Origin: Pristiophorus japonicus | Taxonomy: Eukaryota | NCBI RefSeq assembly: GCF_044704955.1 | Contig: NC_091999.1 | Span: 10,540,001 to 10,604,000, forward strand | Length of the DNA stretch: 64,000 nucleotides | Direction: 5' to 3' | Part shown: positions 10,716-24,360 of the stretch, piece by piece | Position numbering within the stretch: position 1 is the first letter of the stretch | How the letters are laid out: each line of letters starts with the position of its first letter | Notes under the pieces: generated by a model | Database searches by the model: none | What the model saw: the letters and a program-made list of their open reading frames with translations, nothing else | Told to the model about the DNA's origin: nothing | Position numbers and translations under genes: made by a program

Positions 10716-13530
10716 ATAAGAAAATAAGAAATAGGAGCAGGAGTAGGCCATTTTGCTTCTCGAGCATGCTCCGCCATTCATACGGATCATGGCTGATCTG
10801 ATCCTGGCCTCAATCCCACTTCCCCGCCCGATCTCCATAACCCTTGACACCCATAGAATACAAATATCTGTATATCTCCACCTTAAATAAATCCAATGAG
10901 CCAGACTTCACAGCTTTCTGAGGTAGAGAATCCCAAAGATTCGCGGCCTCATGAGAGAAGAAATTCCTCCTCATTTTCGATTTCACTAGTAGAGTGAACA
11001 AGGGAGAACCAGAGTATGTGCTGTATATGGACTTTCAAAAGGCTTTTGACAAGACACCACACAAGAGATTAGTGTGCAAAATTAAAGCACATGGTATTGG
11101 GGGTCAAGTGTTGTGGTTGCTAGAGAACTGGTTGGCAGACAGGAAGCAAAAAGTAGGAACAAACGAGTCCTTTTTAGAATGGCTGGCAGTGACTGGTGGG
11201 GTACCGCATGGTTCAGTGCTGGGACCCCAGCTATTCACAACATACATTAATGAATTAGAGGAAGGAATTGAATGCAAAATCTCCACGTTTGCAGATGACA
11301 CTAAGCTGGGTGGCAGTGTGAGCTTTGAGGAGTTTGCAAAAACGCTGGAGGGTGACTTGGACAGTTTAGGTGAGTGGGGAAATGCATGGCAGATGCAGTA
11401 TTATGTGGATAAATGTGAGGTTATTCACTTTGGTGGCAAAAACAGGGAGGCAGAATATTATCTCAATGGTGACAGATTAGGAAAAGGGGAGGTGCAACGA
11501 GACCTGGGTGTCATGCGACAGCAGTCATTGAAAGTTGGCCAGCAGGTACAGCAGGCGGTGAAGAAGGCAAATGGCATATTGGCCTTCATAGCGAGAGAAT
11601 TTGAGTATTAGAGCAGAGAGGTCTTACTGCAGTTGTAAGGGCCTTGGTCAGGCCTCACCTGGAATATTGTGCACAGTTTTGGTCTCCTAATCTGAGGAAG
11701 TACATTCTTGCTGTTGAGGGAGTGCAGTGAAGGTTCAACAGACTGATTCCCGGGATGGCAGGACTGACATATGAAGAAAGATTGGATCGATGTGGCTTAT
11801 ATTCACAGGAATATGGAAGAACGAGAGGGGATCTCACAGAAACATGTAAAATTCTGTCGGGATTGGACAGGTTACATGCAGGAAGAATGTTCCCGATGTT
11901 GAATAAGTCAAGAACCAGAGGTCACAGTCTATGGATAAGGGGTAAGCCATTTAGGATAGAGATGAGGAGAAAGCTCTTCACTCTGAGAATTGTGAACCTG
12001 TAGAATTCTCTACCACAGAAATTTGTTGAGGCCAGTACGTTAGATATATTGAGAAGGAAGTTAGATGTGGGCCTTACGGCTAAAGCGTTCAAGGGGTATG
12101 AAGAGAAAGCAGGAATGGGCTCGTAAATTTGCATGATCAGCCATGATAATATTGCATGCCGGTGCTGGCTCGAAGGGCCGAATGGTCTACTCCTGCACGT
12201 ATTTTCTATGTTTATATGTTTCTTAGTTTAAATGGGTTATCCCTTATTCTGAAACTATGCCCCCGAATTCCAGATTCCCTCACTAGGCGAAATATCCGCT
12301 CTGTATCTACTGTATTAAACCCCTTCAGAATCGTATATGTTTCAATAGACCACCTCGAAGTCTTCGAAACTCCAATGAGTATATGCCCAACCTGCTCAAC
12401 CTTTCTTTATAAGCCAACCCCTTCATCTCAGGAATCAATCTCATGAAAAATCTCTGAACTGCCTTTAATGCAAGTATATCCTTCCTTAAATAATGTGACC
12501 AAACTGTACACAGTGTTCCAGGTGTGGTCTCACCAATAACCTATAGAGTTGTAGCAGGACTTCTATGCTTTTATATTCTATCCCCCTTACAATAAAGGCC
12601 AACATTCCATTTGCCTTCCTAATTACTTGTTGTACCTGCATGCTAACGTTTTTGAGTTTCCTGTACAAGGACCCCCAGATCCCTCTGTACCATTGCATTT
12701 AGTAATCTCTTAAAATTTAAGATAATAATTAGCTTTTTATTTTTCCTACCCAGGTCGATAACCTCACATTGTCGCAAAATATACTCAAATGGTCAAATTG
12801 TTGACTACTTAATTCGCCTATCTATTTTCCTTTGTAGATTATTTGCTTCCTCTACACAACTTGCTTTCCAACTTATTTTTGTATCATTAGCAACTCTGGT
12901 TACATGACACTCGGTCCCTTCATCCAACTAATTCATTCAAATTGAAAATAGTTGAGGCCCCAGCACTGATCCCTTTGGCACCCCACTAGTTGCGGTTTTC
13001 CAACCCGAAAATGACCCATTTATCTCGACAGTCTGCTTTCTGTTAGATATCCAATCCACTATGAACGCTAATATATGTTGCAGTTTATCGAATTCTTCCT
13101 GGAAATCCAAATACACAACCTCTATTGGTTACCCCATATCCATCCTGCTCGTGAATTCCTCAAAGAACTGGAGCAAATTTGTCAAACAGGATATCCCTTT
13201 CATGAAACCATGCTGTCTCTGCCTGAATGCATTCTGATTTTCTAAATGAACTGCTACTATTTCCTCAATTATTGACCGCAGTACTTTCCCAATGACAGAT
13301 ATTAGGCTAACTGGGATATAGGTTCCTGCTTTTTGTCTCTCTCCTTTCTTCAACAAGGGCATCACATTTGCGGTCTTCCAGTCCACTGGGGCCTCGCCAG
13401 AATCCAAGGAATCTTAGTAGATTACAAGCATTGGATCCATCATCTCTGCAGCCACCCCCTTTAAGACCGTATGATGCAGACCATCAGGGTAACGGGGATT
13501 TATCCTCATTTAGTCCCATTAGTTTGCTGT
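10716..13530 (-). mobile_element. CR1 LINE 3' part, interrupted by a + strand CR1
   Basis: Reverse-strand RT (DWKTANV, QHGFMKG, RPHLEHCVQF) and 3' tail; uninterrupted in paralog 36710-38310. Confidence 0.88.
10985..12221 (+). mobile_element. Nested 5'-truncated CR1 LINE (RT and 3' end)
   Basis: ORF 10994-11611 with MDFQKAFD, GVPHGSVLGP, FADD; TTTCTATG tail. Confidence 0.9.
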
Positions 13531-14239
13531 AATAGGCAATGGCATTTATTTCTGTTTGCTGCCAGAGATTAGCAGTAGATTCTTAGAATGATGGAAAGGC
13601 TTGAGCGGATGAATTATCTACTGCCATACTCCTACTGCTTTATTACGTTGGGATAAAATCAATATTAGCTCCATTTTCAAAAAGTTACATAATATAACAA
13701 CACGTTCTCATTTAGGATAACTGACCCAACTTCACAATGTCGATTATTACCCAATATGAGGATTTGGTGTGAAACAACTCACTGAATGAAGGAAACCTTA
13801 AAGAGTTACAGTTAATTTTCTTCCCAACCTTATTCAAAGCCGCATCAACTTCCCGCAAGTATCAAAATTTACAGAACCAACTCGGGCTGTGCTAGGCCCT
13901 TGGAAGAGCTGATATCTCGCAGTCACAGCTCTGAGTCAGGCGTGACACACCGCACCAAATGGGACTCGGTGCTCTGCAGGAAATGGCCCGTGACCCCTGA
14001 CCCTCAATCAATGGGAGATACAGCCAATGATGGCGCTGTAACATGGAACAGGATTGTGGCGTCATCCACTTCCAGGCACACCGGCAGGCAGCATTGTGTG
14101 AAGTACAGTCCGCCATTTTTGTGTGGCCTCCATTCATTTACATAAAATGGCTCGATTGAAACGAATAATTCCGTCAATTTAAATAAAAATAACTTCGGTA
14201 TCTTAATCGATAAAAGAGAGAAATATATATTTGTCGCTA

Positions 14240-14612
14240 AAAGGTTGGTGCGGTGCGTATGTGTGAATATTTCTCCCAGTGTTCAGCGGGATCCGTGTCA
14301 CAGATAGTAGCTTTTCTCTTCCGATGTGAATTGTGGGAGCCGCAGCCCTCCATTACCCGGACAACAACCGAGCGAATCCGGCAAAAGATACATTTTTGAC
14401 GTGAGAAAAAAAGTTTTTTGCACAGAAGCAGCTGATAATGTGGAATAACTGCATGCGTTATTTTAATAGGTAAATTGGACATGAGTCTCTGAAGAGGAAT
14501 TATAAGGGTGTGAGGAGCGAGAAGGGAATTCCAGACTTGATGGACTTAATCACTCCCTGAAACTTACTGAGCCCGGTGTCAGCGGGAACAGGACAGCGAA
14601 ATAAGATGAGAT
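14240..14612 (-). pseudogene. Possible highly decayed V remnant
   Basis: Leader-like FAVLFPL..GS|GTAAGT, short pyrimidine-ended intron, CSYST motif; paralog at 39050-39412. Confidence 0.35.
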
Positions 14613-14959
14613 TAGAGTGGAGTGCGGCACCAGATAGGGGATGTCGGGGAAGAGGAATTGGCGCAGAGACATAGTTTAATCATCATCTGCAACAATTCCC
14701 AAACTTCCTTCAACCCCCTCCTTCCCCAAACCAAATGCGCTATTAAACCACTGGAGACATCATGCCTGATCTCCAGGAGTCTTGATGAAAAGGAGCGCTG
14801 CACTAGCAAAAAAAAAACGGACGGAACTCGGGTCTGATTTGAAACATCTCTCGATGTTCTCCTCACCAGGAGGCACCGAAGGAATCCTATGAGGGGCTAA
14901 AGGACATGCAGCGAAACTTCAGGGAAACAGGGACGGACGGTCTGAAGGCAAATGGCTCA

Positions 14960-15480
14960 AAATCAGATACACGATCTAGCGTAATACAAACTGAGACAGG
15001 GTCGTATGCATTAATAACTGAGACTGGGTCTAGTGTAATATAAACAGAGCCAGGGTCTGGTATAATATAAACAGTGACACAGCTTGGCATAATATAAACA
15101 GAGACAGGGCCGAGTATAATATAAACAGAGACAGGGTCTGGTATAATATAAACAGTGACAGGGCTTGGCATAATATACACAGTGACAGGGTCATGGTCTA
15201 GTATAATGTAAACAGAGACAGGGTCGAGTTTAGTAATAACAGAGATAGGACCTAGTTGAATATAAACAAGACAGGGCCTCGTGTAATATAAACAGATTAC
15301 TTGCTATAGTTTTATTTAAGCAGAGTTAGGTTCTATTTTGTATAACCAGCGGCAGGATCCAATAAAGGGAGAGGTGGCGCAGTGCAGTAGTAACTGAGGC
15401 AGAGCTTTGTACAATATAAACAGATACATGTCCTAGTGCAGTGAAAGCTGATACAGAGCTTAGTGTAAGATACATATAAA
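14960..15480. repeat. ~30-bp minisatellite (GTATAATATAAACAGAGACAGGGTCTA-like)
   Basis: Tandem degenerate units; paralog at 39790-40260. Confidence 0.85.
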
Positions 15481-15626
15481 TGTCTGTTTATGACACATTG
15501 AAGTATAGTTTTGGATTGAAGATTTGTTATCCTCCCCCAAGGTACCTCACATTGACATTGGACCATGGAAATAGAGAGATAACGCTGGTTCACTGTCAGT
15601 GTCTTGGCCCGCACCGTTACACCTGT

Positions 15627-15760
15627 TGTTTGTGAATATACTCTTGGCGTAAATACAACACTATGTGCAGTGAGAAGACACAGAATTGTTTCCTGGAGTC
15701 CCCAGCTGTCACCTGTGAAACCGTTAAACGGGCAGATCTGTAAGTTTTGGCCAAATATGC
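15627..15760 (-). pseudogene. 3' V fragment (FR3 + RSS)
   Basis: SARLTVSQVTAGDSRKQFCVFS followed by CATAGTG-23-TCACAAACA; paralog at 40420-40540. Confidence 0.5.
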
Positions 15761-16367
15761 GGTTTTGGAGCATCATCTCGTGGCGACAGGAAGTAGAGGG
15801 AATGCACTGTGTGAAACATTGATTCTCAATTTATAAAGAACACTGCTGCGTGATTTTTCTGGATTATTATTATGCCAGATTATTATTCTTAATATTTTGT
15901 TATGATTATGACTGTATCTTCTGCCATTTTATTGTCCTTGGTTGGTTTTGGTTACTATTTTTTATTAATTCTGAGCTTTCATGTCTCCGTTTATTAGTAT
16001 GCCCAGGACTCTAACACAAATACGCGTTTATTTGCTTAAATTAGATCAACTTCACGCTAACAATAGCGCAATTTATTTTTACTTTCTTAAAAATTGAAGT
16101 TATTCGACATTCCTAATCATCCAATATGGAGATCGAGCACAGTTCAGTAACTCCGTGAATCAAAGATGATTAACTTTTTGCAATGAAGCAGAATGTTGAA
16201 TCAAAACACTATCAATATATATTCATCATCCAGTTTATTAAAATTGCATACAAAACAATTTCACTCAGGAACGACATGGGTTAGATAGACCATAACGTGC
16301 TCTTTGCACTGTCCCACCAAAGACTCCAGGGAGAGATATAGCACGGGTTAGATATAGATCAAACCTC

Positions 16368-16905
16368 NNNNNNNNNNNNNNNNNNNNNNNNNNNNNNNNN
16401 NNNNNNNNNNNNNNNNNNNNNNNNNNNNNNNNNNNNNNNNNNNNNNNNNNNNNNNNNNNNNNNNNNNNNNNNNNNNNNNNNNNNNNNNNNNNNNNNNNNN
16501 NNNNNNNNNNNNNNNNNNNNNNNNNNNNNNNNNNNNNNNNNNNNNNNNNNNNNNNNNNNNNNNNNNNNNNNNNNNNNNNNNNNNNNNNNNNNNNNNNNNN
16601 NNNNNNNNNNNNNNNNNNNNNNNNNNNNNNNNNNNNNNNNNNNNNNNNNNNNNNNNNNNNNNNNNNNNNNNNNNNNNNNNNNNNNNNNNNNNNNNNNNNN
16701 NNNNNNNNNNNNNNNNNNNNNNNNNNNNNNNNNNNNNNNNNNNNNNNNNNNNNNNNNNNNNNNNNNNNNNNNNNNNNNNNNNNNNNNNNNNNNNNNNNNN
16801 NNNNNNNNNNNNNNNNNNNNNNNNNNNNNNNNNNNNNNNNNNNNNNNNNNNNNNNNNNNNNNNNNNNNNNNNNNNNNNNNNNNNNNNNNNNNNNNNNNNN
16901 NNNNN
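16368..16905. other. Assembly gap (538 N)
   Basis: Run of N. Confidence 1.
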
Positions 16906-17605
16906 AACATACAAAACCTTGTTAGTTTAGAATGCCGGTGCAACAAATGGTCAGGAAGGCGAATGGAATCATAACCTTTATTACAAAGGGGATGAACAAT
17001 ACAAGCAAAGAAGGCTTGCTACATTTATACGCGTTATTGGTGAGGGCACACTTGAAATATTGCATACTGTTTTGGTTTGCATATTTAAGAAAGGAAATAC
17101 TTGCTTTAGAGGCATTTGAGAGAAGGTTCACAAGATTTATTCCGGAGATAAGGGGATTCACTTTTGAGGAAAGGTTGAGTCTGTTGGTCCACTACTCATT
17201 GTAATTCGGAAGAATGAGAGATGATCTTATCGAAACGTATAAGATTGTGAGGGGGCTTGACAAGGTGGATGCAGAGAGGATGTTTCCACTAGAACTAGGG
17301 TGCATGAATTTAGAATAATGGGCCGCCCATTTAATACTGTGTTGAGGAGAAATTTCTTCTGTCAGACGGTTTTAAACCGGGGTAATTCGCTGCCTCAGAG
17401 AGCTGTGGAAGCTGGGTCATTGAATTAATTTAAGACAGAGATAGGCAGTTACGTAACTGATAAGGGAACAAGGCATCATGGGGAGCGAGCAGGGATGTGG
17501 ACCTGAGTCCATGATGGCATCAGCCATGATCGTACTCAATGATGGAGCAGGCTCGAGGGGCTGTCTGGTCATCTGCTGTTCCTATTCCTTATATTCTTAT
17601 GTTCT
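16906..17605 (+). mobile_element. CR1 LINE 3' fragment
   Basis: VRAHLKYC...RRFTRFIP, 3' UTR and TTCTTATG tail. Confidence 0.85.
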
Positions 17606-19199
17606 TATTTCACTTCTTGTGCATGACGTAAAATGATCGGGGAAAATGCTCTAATGGGACAATCGGTGACGCAGTGGCTCCTTCATTGAAGGAAGAGAAC
17701 CCAGATCGGATGGGTGAAGAAAAACAGTCAGGGAAATAAAACACATTGTGCGAGGGAAAATGGAATGGTGTGGAGCAGTCTTGGAGAAAGGAATTGAGCA
17801 AAGTACAATTTCTTCCATTTGTCAATCCAGATGTATTAACAATTTCACAAAGTACAGCGCACAGAGAAGTTTAAAAAAAACACATAGTGAATATTAAAAG
17901 TGAGCGTCATATTGAGACCAGAACACAAACGGACTGAGCTGCCAGTTATTGGACAACTGTAACAGAAACCAGGGAGAGAGAAACAGATGTTCTATATAAA
18001 GGAAAGGGAAGAATTGTTAATTAGGAACGGGAAAGGTGACCTATTCAGATCTGAAGTATTCAAACAACTCTACGATACATTTACATTATTAACGCACTTT
18101 TCAAACAGATAGATGGAAATCCCGGTTCTGATTTTCTCAGCTACAGATTCGGATCTATTAACTGAAGGTATCTGACTTTGAGAGTCGCCATTGGACACAT
18201 GTTATTTTCAGGACACACAGATGTTAATACACAATGAGGAAAATAAATGGCGGCCGAAATTCAATCGTTCACTTGACCTGTAAAAGAAGAATCATAGAAC
18301 GAAACGGAGATTTAGTGATTTGGGGCATTTATCTCAGGTTTTTTATCAATGAAACCTTTTAAAAATTTATCAAACCGCTCCAGTTAAATCGATATGAGTG
18401 GACTGAATCTATTCACAATCACTAGAGTGACGGGAGTACTATAGTAAATGCTCAATGAAAAACATGATGATGAATGTGGAACCGGTTGTCCAGATGTTGC
18501 CATTCTCGTCTTTATCGCCTTCATTCCTGATGTGATCTGAGGAAGCTACGTGGATGTCGAGGAGGAAATATATTCAGATCATTTGTTAATCCAAGATATC
18601 ATGTTATTCTATATTCTCTTGTCATTTCCTTAAGGTATTCGTTTGTTCTCTAATTTAACTTTCAATGTATGTATTGTGTTAAGTTAATCACTCGCAGCAA
18701 TCTATCGGTGTTCCTAACTCCACAGCCGCTCGTCCTTTACGATCCTCCTATAGTCCGTGTAGGAAAATATTTTCCTATAATGTAAAACACTAATTGCATT
18801 TGCATCAATTTCCTACGATCTATTATTCGTGAATATTGTGATGAAATGTCAAGGGAGGTTTACTGACTGATATCCATCATTTTAACGATAGGTTTAGACA
18901 ATTTGTAGTCGGAGATAATAAAGGGAGATGGATATTAGACCAGTTGTGAGTTATAATATGGATTAATTATTTGTTACTACAATGCTCTGAACATAATTAA
19001 CTTGTATCAGTTTCAAACAAGAACATTGATTCAATCTGTGTTGATGATCAGAATAGAAAAATGTGAGAGGTTATGGTATCAGGAATTATTTGTTCAGAAC
19101 AATCGTTGGAGATTGTGTGCATACAAAAGCGAATTTAATTCTACATCGTCTATAGCCTGACATTTTTGCGTGTTCAATTTTGTACATGTCTGCATGACG

Positions 19200-19800
19200 A
19201 TCTCTTGTTTTGTTTCATTATGTGTTTGTGTGTTATTGTGTGTGTTAATGTGCAAGTGTGTGCCTGCGTGTTTTTGAGTAAGTGTGCATGTTTGTGTTTA
19301 TAAGTGTGTTTGTGTAGATGTGTGTGTGTAACTTTATGTGCAAGTGTGTTTGTGTAATTATGTGTGTTTTTGTGTTAGTGGGTTGATGTTCAAGTGTGTT
19401 TGTAATGTGTATTTTTGTGAAAGTATGTGCATGCAGTTTTATAAATTTGCATATGCTTGTGTGCAAGTCTTTGTGTGTTTATATGTAAGTGTCAGTTTGT
19501 GTGTATGTGTAAATGTGTGTGATTGTGTGTAAGTGTGTGTGTTTATATATAATGGTGTGTATGTATGTTTAGCTGTGTACATTTTTCTAAAGTATGTACA
19601 TGTGTATGTATTTGTGTATGTTTACGTGTTAGCGTGTCTTTATTTATGTGTAACTGCGTGTTTGTATGTAAGTATGTGTGTTTGTGTGTCCTTTGGAAAT
19701 GTGTATATGTTTCGATATCTGTGTTTCCGCCTGTGTAAGTGTCTATGTGTTAAGGCTTATGTTTGTGTGAGTTTTGTGTAAGTGTGTCTGTGTATTTTTG
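19200..19800. repeat. Imperfect (TG)n tract
   Basis: TG-rich low complexity. Confidence 0.85.
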
Positions 19801-21327
19801 CTATTATTCAAAGTTTCAGAGAATGCCAATAACTGGGTCTGATAATGGCGGTATGCATTATATTCTGGATATATGTATTATTCTGTACTGTGTGTTAATG
19901 CGTGCGATTACGCAAGTTGGTCTGTGCTTACGTGTAATTTTGTGTGCGTTTATATATAAGTATGCACTTACAGAAAACACAAACAAACTTATAGATTAAC
20001 ACACAAATTCACTTGTATACACACTCATCCCCAATCTGAATAAATGTGCTCTGTGTGAGGTGTAATGGGATGTCAGCCAATAGAATGCAACAATTATACA
20101 GATAGGCACCAGAATTATCAGGGACACAACCGTGAGAAACCTGCAGAGGATTCAAAAACCAGTTTAGATTTAGACAATTATAATTCAATCTGTTTGTTTA
20201 CGAATAACAGGGACAGATTTTTACCAAATATTGGTTACAGATATTCTATTGAATAAATATTTATTTTGTATTGTGAAAAAATAATTCACATCCTATATAC
20301 GGCACAGAAACAACCCATTCGGCCCAGCCAGTCCATGCCGGCGTTTATGGTCCAACCGAGCCTCTTCTCTTCATTCCTCATCTAATTATCTATTACCTTC
20401 TCCCTTATAAGGTTATCTAGCCTCTCCTTATGTATAACTGTTAGTGTATGTTTAGATGTATGCGTATGTGTGTGTTTATGCATAACTTGTATGTGTTTCT
20501 GTGTGTTTTTGTGTAAATGTTTTTGTGTTTTGTATGCAAGTTTGTAAGGTGTTTACATATTTTTGCGATTGTTCACAGTTTCAGAAAGTACCAATAACTG
20601 GGTCTGACAATGATGGTGTGTGTTATATTCTGAGTATGATTAATAATCTGTGTCAGTGTGTTAATCTGTGTGTGAATGTTTAAACGTAAGAGTGCACGTG
20701 CAGAAAAACATACACATTTACACATAAACACACCCGCTCACGTTTCCATGCATTCTTCCTCACTCTGCGTAAATGTGTCCTGTGCGAGACCCAATGTGAC
20801 GTCAGTCGATCGAATGCAACAATGCAAGCGAAGGGCCTCAGAACCATCGGCGACACAACCGTCAGAAACCCGCAGAGCATTCGATCAGCAGTTCAGATTA
20901 TTAAAATTCAGGGACAGATTTAACTCAAACACTACTTAAAGATAATATGTTGAATAAATATTGATTTTACAATATGATGCTTATGCGACAAGTTTAACGT
21001 TTGCAAACAGTGAGTTAAAGGCTGACTTTTTATGGATGGCAACTGAGTTCTTATAATGGAGATTGATTCACCTCCCATCTCAGGTGGGGGAGTGAGATAT
21101 ACAGGAGATAATCAAATGCCATTTCTTCTATCTCTCTCTCTCTCTCTGGTGGAGGAGAAAGAGGTACAGGGGGTTAACAATTGTATTTTTCTATCTCTCT
21201 CTGGTGGGGGAGTGATAGATCCTGGGGGTTAACAATTGCCGTGTTTTCTCTCTCTCTCTCACTCCAGGCCCGGTATAGGCAGTGACCACAGTCAATTGTT
21301 CCTGGAATTCGCGCTGTAAGCATGGAG

Positions 21328-21793
21328 ATGAAACTGTACCTGACTCTGGTTATTATCATGATCACACGTCGGTGATGTGAGAACCTTGCTACATTATTCT
21401 CCAGTCATCAGCCATTTTCTCATCTCCATCAAAGGGCGATTATTATATTTCTGTCACGTTGTTTAACCCGCTGAGTGTCCGCTGTTTATTGTCACCGACG
21501 AGTCAAGGGGTCTCTGTATCCCAGTCAGAACAAGGAATCGGATCAGAACAGGGTGCAGATTCAGCAATAGCCTGCAGTTACCCTGAATCGAGAACAAGCT
21601 ATGTCTTGCTCTGTTGTCACGAGTAACCCACCAACCCCCTCAGTATCTGCTCATAGCCGATAGTTATGGGAATACCGAGACGGCTCCGAGATTTGAACAT
21701 TTCAGCGTGAATCTGAACCAGAAATACCGTACGTTTCACTTATGCATGAACGCCGTGAAGATCACAGACAATGGCGCCCTGATATCCACAGTG
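21328..21793 (+). pseudogene. V pseudogene (family D)
   Basis: Leader-like MKLYLTLVIIMIT; SVSQSEQGIGSEQGADSAIACSY...PPQYLLIADSYG...FHLCMNAVKITDN; YYC motif deleted; heptamer CACAGTG at 21787-21793. Confidence 0.8.
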
Positions 21794-22523
21794 AATGAGG
21801 GGCCATTGGAGCTCATAAATAGATCGGCATAGGGGAACTGTGCTAACATGGTTGGGGTGTTGTGCTGCACACCAGGAAAATACCAGAGATTGAATGGACG
21901 AGTGGTTATACAGTAAATGACTGGGAAAATACAACCTGATCCGATCGGGATTCTCCAGTAAAATACGTTGCTATCAGTGTTGGGGTAAGTTAAATTTCTC
22001 AACCGTTTTCACCCAGTGATCAATTCAGACATTCCCACCACCAGTCTTGGCAATGACTTTCAGATCTCTGAGATGAACATAAGGATCAATGTCTACAAAT
22101 CTCTATTAATAAAAGTCCTGGATATGTTGCAGATCCTTCAGGTCACATTTCGAAAGCTATCTCTTCGATACAGAGGGCAGTCCACTTCTGATGTCCATCG
22201 TAGTCTTGAGGCTATGACTCGCAATGGAGCTCATTAGCTGTGGAGGGAACTCAGTGATAGCGGGGATAGAAACGACTTTAGATTATATTTCGCTTTTGTA
22301 TCATTCTGAGAGAGAGGGTGGAACAAGGGAATAAATGACAACGATTGGTCCACAGCTGGTGTCAGTTCTGAGAGACCAGCCAATATTGTCCCTGATAAAT
22401 GCGCCTCATTCTTCCAACAAGTGAAGTTTGTCCCTGATCTCAGTTTATTATTTTATATCAGATTATACACGTCTACATATTTAAAAATTCTGCTCTTTTC
22501 CTTCAAACTCTAAAGCAGGCACC

Positions 22524-22955
22524 ATGTTCTCAGCATGTTACTTTCTGACAATAATGTTCATGCTGTCCGGTGGGTATATGTGAAAATGATGAGTGTGTAT
22601 TTCATGGGTTAGGTGTGCACCCAGATTTCTCACATATGCTCTATGTTCTTACAGCAACAAGTCGCCAAGCATTAGTGTCCCAGGATCCATCTGAATTAAC
22701 GGTTACAGAAGGAAATACCATAATACTGAGTTGCAGTTACTCGGAAGCTGCTATAACTCTGTTCTGGTACATTCAGTATCCCGGGGAAGCTCCGAAATAT
22801 TTACTGAAGATATATAGCTCGGCGATGGTCGGCCAGACTCCAGATTTGCCAGAGCGGTTCTCTGCTGTATTGCACAGTGACAACAAAACGGTTCCTTTAA
22901 CTATCATCGGAATTCTTGTCTCCGACACCGCCATGTATATCTGTGCTATGCGGTC
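22524..22955 (+). CDS. TRAV/DV: Apparently functional TCR alpha/delta V segment (family C); exons 22524-22569 and 22655-22955
   Basis: Leader MFSACYFLTIMFMLS, GT/AG intron, open exon VSQDPSELTVTEGNTIILSC...WYIQYPGEAPKYLL...ERF...DTAMYICAMR. Confidence 0.92.
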
Positions 22956-22994
22956 CACACTGCTGCAGAGATATAGCGCATCCGTACAAAAACC
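22956..22994 (+). other. 23-RSS
   Basis: CACACTG - 23 bp - ACAAAAACC (consensus nonamer). Confidence 0.93.
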
Positions 22995-23018
22995 CACACT
23001 GAATATTCCAGTTTTTGT

Positions 23019-23032
23019 CTGCCAGAGGGCGC
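23019..23032 (+). promoter_or_regulatory. CTCF-like motif downstream of RSS
   Basis: CTGCCAGAGGGCGC, 24 bp after the nonamer. Confidence 0.65.
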
Positions 23033-23849
23033 TCTGTCACACATAAACAGCAGTGATAATTCAGCACCCACAGCAAACATCATGGGAACCTCCTAAAAAG
23101 GGCGACAAGTCACAATATTCAATAAAACATGTGGAGTCCTCATGAGGAATTTGTTGATGATTTCAACTCGTATTTATAATAAAAACGTACTTTGCAAGAC
23201 ACATATGAGCCGACTAATCTCATCTTTTGTCCTTTCCCTATTGTCTACAATTCTGGGCACCACATGTTAGCAAGGATACAATGGAGCTTTACCAGTGAGT
23301 AGGGACGTCAGCTTTGTGGAGAGATTGAAGAAGCTGCGGTTGTACACTTGAAAGCATAGAAGTATCAGGGCAGACCTGATAGAGGTATTGAAAATTATGA
23401 GGGGTTTAAGTAGAGCAGGTTGGGAGAAACCACATCTCCTTCAAACTGAATCGCTGTAACAGCTCCTCTGAGCCTGATTCTGCACAACAAACACCTGCAG
23501 ATATTTCGCAATCGACAACTTTAAACTTTTATCATTTTATTATAACTAGATATCTTCAAGGTAATGGAATATACATCAAATAGAGGGACAATACACACAA
23601 AGGGAAGATTCTCTATGTCAGTCACACGTGCAAGAGAGATGATTATATAACTTTAAAACTTTACAAGTTAAGAGAGCCGCTGGTGTGAGGAATGAATAAA
23701 AAGTAACAGCCAACGTGTTTGCAGGGAGGTTATGGCCGATTTCAACCTACGGGTTGAACCTGAAATATTTTAGTCAAGGCTTGAAAAGATATTAAATAAT
23801 ATCTAACGTTCATTCATGACAGAGTCAACAGGTGACATCCAATCTACGC

Positions 23850-24360
23850 ACAGCTTTTTATTCTCCAATTCATCCAAGCAGGTCAGAGCTACTTTGTAAT
23901 CGAATTCATCCAATCAACTCACAGATGCCTTTTCCATCAATTCACCCAATCAGCTCACGGCTACTTTGGTCTCCAATTCATCCAATCAGCTCACGGTTCT
24001 TTCGTTCTGCAAATCATCCAATCATCTCAGTTCCCCTGATCGCCATTTCAGCCAAACCAAATTCAGCTCCTTTGTTCTACAATTTATCCAATCATGTTAC
24101 AGTCATTTGTTCCCAAGTCAACCAATCTGCTCACTGCGCTTTGTTCTCCAATTCAACCAATCAGCTTCCAGCTCCTTTGTTCTGCAAAGCTGGCAGCAGT
24201 GAAGCGAGTGAAAAATTATTTACAACAGAGATATGCCTGCGGATTAAATCCAATGCTGGCACTTAAACAGAGGATTAACCCCAATGTTGTCCGTTTAATA
24301 GAAGATTAAAGCCAATGTGGGCTTTTAACAAATAAGTAAACCCAATGTTGACCGTTTAAC
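23850..24360. repeat. CCAAT-rich ~35-bp tandem array followed by a ~29-bp array
   Basis: Units TTCTCCAATTCATCCAATCAGCTCAC and GATTAAAGCCAATGTTG..TTTAA; shorter paralog at 170-470. Confidence 0.75.

Noticed and set aside
14960-15480. Regular ~30-bp repeats that could suggest a CRISPR array
   Set aside because: No unique spacers, vertebrate context; minisatellite
16348-16946. Long ORFs of X residues
   Set aside because: Artefact of the N gap
18470-18640. Leader-like hydrophobic stretches
   Set aside because: No convincing V exon or RSS downstream; too weak to call
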